A stretch of DNA of 64,000 nucleotides. It comes from a phage. The notes beneath the pieces were generated by a model. The model ran no database searches and was not told the DNA's origin. It saw only the letters and a list, made by a program, of their open reading frames with translations. Position numbers and translations under genes: made by a program. Below, one piece after another: positions 60,786-64,000 of the stretch. Every line of letters starts with the position of its first letter. Positions within the stretch are counted from its first letter, which is position 1. Where the stretch lies: NCBI GenBank assembly GCA_025830695.1, contig GCA_025830695.1_4111.1; one strand, given 5' to 3'.

Positions 60786-61037
60786 ATGAACATCGATAAG
60801 GTCAAAGAACTTAGTGCTGCACTAATTAAGAATGAAGAAGTTTGTGAAGAACTTCGCAGTACTATCAAAGTTGAGTACGCACGACTCCAAGGTATGCTTC
60901 AAGAATCAGAATGGGTAGTAACTAAATCTATCGAAGCAATCTATAAGGATATCGAATCCCTTTTCAACAAGAAAAGTAAGATTGAATCTGATTCATATAA
61001 CAAACGTAAAGAGTTATCTACTGCACTTGGTATCTAA
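60786..61037 (+). CDS. hypothetical protein Confidence 0.5.
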   Translation: MNIDKVKELSAALIKNEEVCEELRSTIKVEYARLQGMLQESEWVVTKSIEAIYKDIESLFNKKSKIESDSYNKRKELSTALGI

Positions 61038-61043
61038 AAGTAT

Positions 61044-61072
61044 TTGACATAACAAATAATATGGAGTACAAT
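61044..61072 (+). promoter_or_regulatory. sigma-70-like promoter (TTGACA-17-TACAAT) Confidence 0.55.
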
Positions 61073-61111
61073 GTGCTCCTAATTTAATTATCAGCTAGAA
61101 AGGAAAACATT

Positions 61112-61372
61112 ATGAAATCTATTCTCGTTGCAGTTAACTTGGTTGCTTCCCCATCTTTCAACTTCAAACAAGTTGTTGCTGATAATCTGAAGAAGATCTG
61201 TCCAAACGCTGAATTAACTTTCTGTGTGTTTGATTCAGAAAAAGTAACTAAAGTTGATCTAAACTATCTTTTGAACGAAGTAAAAAGCGTTTCTGGTGAA
61301 AGTAACTTAAAAGTTCTTCATGATATTGCTGATGATTATGATGATACACTTGTAATTTCGGAGAAATTCTAA
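61112..61372 (+). CDS. hypothetical protein Confidence 0.5.
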   Translation: MKSILVAVNLVASPSFNFKQVVADNLKKICPNAELTFCVFDSEKVTKVDLNYLLNEVKSVSGESNLKVLHDIADDYDDTLVISEKF

Positions 61373-61377
61373 ATAAA

Positions 61378-61797
61378 ATGTTTAGATTTCTTCAGTACTT
61401 AATCATTAAGTTCTTTGGTTATCATACGATTGAAGGAAAAGCTACACTTGCACATAAAATCTTTGTAGCATTATGTACGGGTGATTATGACGTATTGAAT
61501 AAGTACTGTAAATCGCAAGCATGTATTGATATAATGGCACTTCGTATCTATGAGTGCCAGTTCAATAGATATAATTTTTACCAGTACAGATTTGATAAAG
61601 AAGAATTTGATAGCATCAAAATGCTAAAGAATTTATGTAACAATAAAAAGAATATGCATATATCAGAATTTGTTGCTTTGTATTTTTATTTAAAAAGTTC
61701 ATTGTATATGAACACGATGCAAAGATTCGATACTAGAATTAATGTATTCACCGATAAAGAATTTTATATATACGATAAATTCTTAGATAAGGTTTAA
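61378..61797 (+). CDS. hypothetical protein Confidence 0.5.
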   Translation: MFRFLQYLIIKFFGYHTIEGKATLAHKIFVALCTGDYDVLNKYCKSQACIDIMALRIYECQFNRYNFYQYRFDKEEFDSIKMLKNLCNNKKNMHISEFVALYFYLKSSLYMNTMQRFDTRINVFTDKEFYIYDKFLDKV

Positions 61798-61798
61798 T

Positions 61799-62296
61799 AT
61801 GACAACTGTTTATATTGATAAACGATTAAATTTATTGATTACCGATTCTAGAGTTACGTCAACTATACCACGAAACTTATTTGGTTTTTTCCCACTAAGA
61901 CCAAAATATCAATATGGAGTTGTTAATCAAAAAACTTTATATGTACATGACCGTTTATTCAGTGCTAGTGGGGTAGTAAGTGAAATTGATAAAGTACTGG
62001 ATTGGTTAATTAATAAAGTACCAGTTATACCTGACAGAAAGTTAAGTTGCCATTGTGTGCTTCTTTCTAAAGATTATGTTATTCATATGATTTTAACTAA
62101 AGGAAAGTTTATTAAAAAACTTGAATATCTACATGAAGACTACACTTTCTTTATGGGAAGTGGTGGAGAATACATGCTAGATGCTGCTATTCATGAAGAA
62201 CATACAACTTTATATGATAAAGTGTTTAGTACTTTCATGGATGTGCACAACCATGATTGCTTCACAGATGATAATATTAATGTATATCGATTTTGA
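61799..62296 (+). CDS. hypothetical protein Confidence 0.5.
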   Translation: MTTVYIDKRLNLLITDSRVTSTIPRNLFGFFPLRPKYQYGVVNQKTLYVHDRLFSASGVVSEIDKVLDWLINKVPVIPDRKLSCHCVLLSKDYVIHMILTKGKFIKKLEYLHEDYTFFMGSGGEYMLDAAIHEEHTTLYDKVFSTFMDVHNHDCFTDDNINVYRF

Positions 62297-62317
62297 TTTC
62301 GTCATTAGGAGATGTAA

Positions 62318-63283
62318 GTGAAAAAGCTTGATTTAAATACAATTGCCGAAGAAGTTCTGGATGAATGTTTTGCTAATGAAGAAGTCAACACACTAGAAGC
62401 CTTAGATTTCGTTGAAGATAAAGATGATAATGAAGGTAAAGTACAAAGCAGTTTCAAATATAATATTACACTTAAGCGACCACCAAATGTTTCCAATGAA
62501 GATCTAATTCGTGATATTCAAGCTGGTATCAATGTAAAGAAAAACACTGAACTGTTAGTTCGTTACAATTATGGACTGATTATTGATGTAGCAAGTAAAT
62601 GTACTTGTTATATCCCATTTGAAGATAAGATTTCATATGGTGTTGAGGGGTTCATGAGAGCACTAAAAACCTTTGATCTTAATAAGAATGTTAAGTTCAT
62701 TACCTATGCTTCTTCTAGTATTTACATGACAGTCTATAACGAAAGTTCTGACGCTAACTATATGGTACACTTCCCACGTTATATGAGTGTTCATAAGATC
62801 AAAGTAAAAAGATTCTGCCAGGAATATATGCGTAAACATGGTGTTCGCCCAACACCTGAAATAATCTCAGAGGGTACTGGGATTGAGATTCAGCATGTTA
62901 ATAATTGTTTATTATTTCAAAGCGAATACACTTCACTGGATGCACCATTAGACGGTGTTACAGATGGTACATTAGGTGACATTATTCATTCACCTGCTTC
63001 TGATTTTAACCTCAATGTTGATAGTATCCGTGCACCTTTACGTTATGCTATCAATGAACTAACTAACGAATTGAGTACTAAAGAACGTGAGATTATCCAG
63101 CGTGTTCATGGTCTAGGTGAATATGAACCTGAAACGCTTCGTGAGATTGCTGATAATGGTTTTGTTGATGATAATGGAAAATATGTTAAATCCCGTTCAT
63201 CAATACACCGAAAGTACAGTGAAGCTATGCAAAAGCTTAAGAAGTTAGTACTTGCAAAAGGGTACGAATACGAAGATTTCTAA
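62318..63283 (+). CDS. sigma-70-family RNA polymerase sigma factor
   Basis: region 2 (VEGFMRALKTFD...KFITYASSSIY) and region 4 HTH (LSTKEREIIQRVHGLGEYEPETLREIA...HRKYSEAMQKLKK); GTG start 6 nt after an AGGAG RBS. Confidence 0.75.
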   Translation: MKKLDLNTIAEEVLDECFANEEVNTLEALDFVEDKDDNEGKVQSSFKYNITLKRPPNVSNEDLIRDIQAGINVKKNTELLVRYNYGLIIDVASKCTCYIPFEDKISYGVEGFMRALKTFDLNKNVKFITYASSSIYMTVYNESSDANYMVHFPRYMSVHKIKVKRFCQEYMRKHGVRPTPEIISEGTGIEIQHVNNCLLFQSEYTSLDAPLDGVTDGTLGDIIHSPASDFNLNVDSIRAPLRYAINELTNELSTKEREIIQRVHGLGEYEPETLREIADNGFVDDNGKYVKSRSSIHRKYSEAMQKLKKLVLAKGYEYEDF

Positions 63284-63290
63284 AGAACAA

Positions 63291-63317
63291 GGGTTGGCTT
63301 ATGCCAACCTTTTTTTA
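63291..63317 (+). terminator. rho-independent terminator
   Basis: GGGTTGGC-TTAT-GCCAACC + T7. Confidence 0.7.
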
Positions 63318-63319
63318 TG

Positions 63320-63933
63320 GGATGAAGTAAAAGTTTGTGATATAATTATCTTGTACAATTCTGTTGGCATGATATTCATGTACCTGATCCACTCGAAAAC
63401 GTAGAGGGCAGTTGAGCAGTCCGACAGTGCGAACAGCAAAAGAAACCCGTTAGATGTGGGCATAGTTTGAACCCCTCACGGCAATGCGGCTGTATAAAGA
63501 ACCACGTTAGGATAGCTGGTGGTTCCTTGATAGACATATAAGGATAACACCTTACGAATTATCTAAGGGAGAGTTATCGAATTTTGTACAGGAAAGTTGC
63601 GTCCAAAATTTGAGTACTCACATTAAGTATTTGATTGCATAGATACTTAATGAAGATACACTATGTTTAAAAGTGTAGACCGTCATATGAAACTGAAGTA
63701 GAGAGAAACAGGATGACCCGCTTTCGCACTCGTTATGAGTAATCTTCAATGCAATAGCTCTGATACCATCAGCGTCAAATTTCCCTCCTTGTGGGGGGAA
63801 GAAAAATCCCTTCCTCAAATCCCGTCAATATTAAAAGTCCTTGACAGTTATTAATCATTCGCGTAGAATACGTAGTATTAGAAGCGAACAGACATCTCGA
63901 AGAGATGGATGATTAACCATTAAGGAATATCCA
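63320..63933 (+). ncRNA. long ORF-free, GC-richer region; candidate structured RNA or long leader
   Basis: about 600 nt with no plus-strand ORF of 60 aa or more, in an otherwise tightly packed genome; visibly higher GC; TG-extended -10 at its 5' end; internal hairpins. Confidence 0.35.
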
Positions 63934-64000
63934 ATGAATTCAGTAATCTTTTTAGTAATAGCTTTTTCTGTTAATTCCGGTGTACAAATAACCCCAATGA
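63934..64000 (+). CDS. hypothetical membrane protein, 5' part (continues beyond the window)
   Basis: ATG with AAGGAAT RBS; hydrophobic N-terminus. Confidence 0.4.
   Translation, partial: MNSVIFLVIAFSVNSGVQITPM

Noticed and set aside
63320-63933. RNase P RNA or group I intron identity for the ORF-free region
   Set aside because: Weak resemblance to an RNase P conserved segment (ACAGCAAAAGAAACCCG) but none of the other conserved regions found; no flanking split exons for an intron.

Overview
This window is an AT-rich stretch of a T4-like myovirus genome, almost entirely plus-strand and densely coding, covering early/middle replication and nucleotide-metabolism genes. Recognisable genes include the NrdB C-terminus, DHFR, RNase HI, Dda helicase, topoisomerase II large and medium subunits, a GroES-like co-chaperonin, clamp-loader gp44, a DnaQ-like exonuclease and a C5-cytosine DNA methyltransferase. 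Less usual for this phage group are an IF-3 homologue, a ClpS-like protein, a sigma-70-family sigma factor and a small ORF that looks like an internal fragment of Pol III alpha (DnaE). The most striking feature is a family of about 20 small paralogous proteins sharing a C-terminal motif (EE-x-[FY]-F-Q-x-S-[TL]-[IV]-x-D-x-G), spread over five clusters between 31.4 and 53.8 kb and interleaved with a tRNA cluster (Gly, Ser x2, Met/Ile, Asn, Thr, plus one atypical tRNA-like element), a second small-ORF family beginning MTHEEW, and several ORF-free candidate structured-RNA regions. Many sigma-70-type promoters (TTGACA-17-TATAAT) and rho-independent terminators are visible, plus one T4-late-type TATAAATA box. 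All calls are from reading the sequence and ORF track by eye; no database search or folding was run. Features with a short or empty evidence string are unannotated ORFs taken from the track, and coordinates of promoters and terminators are approximate.
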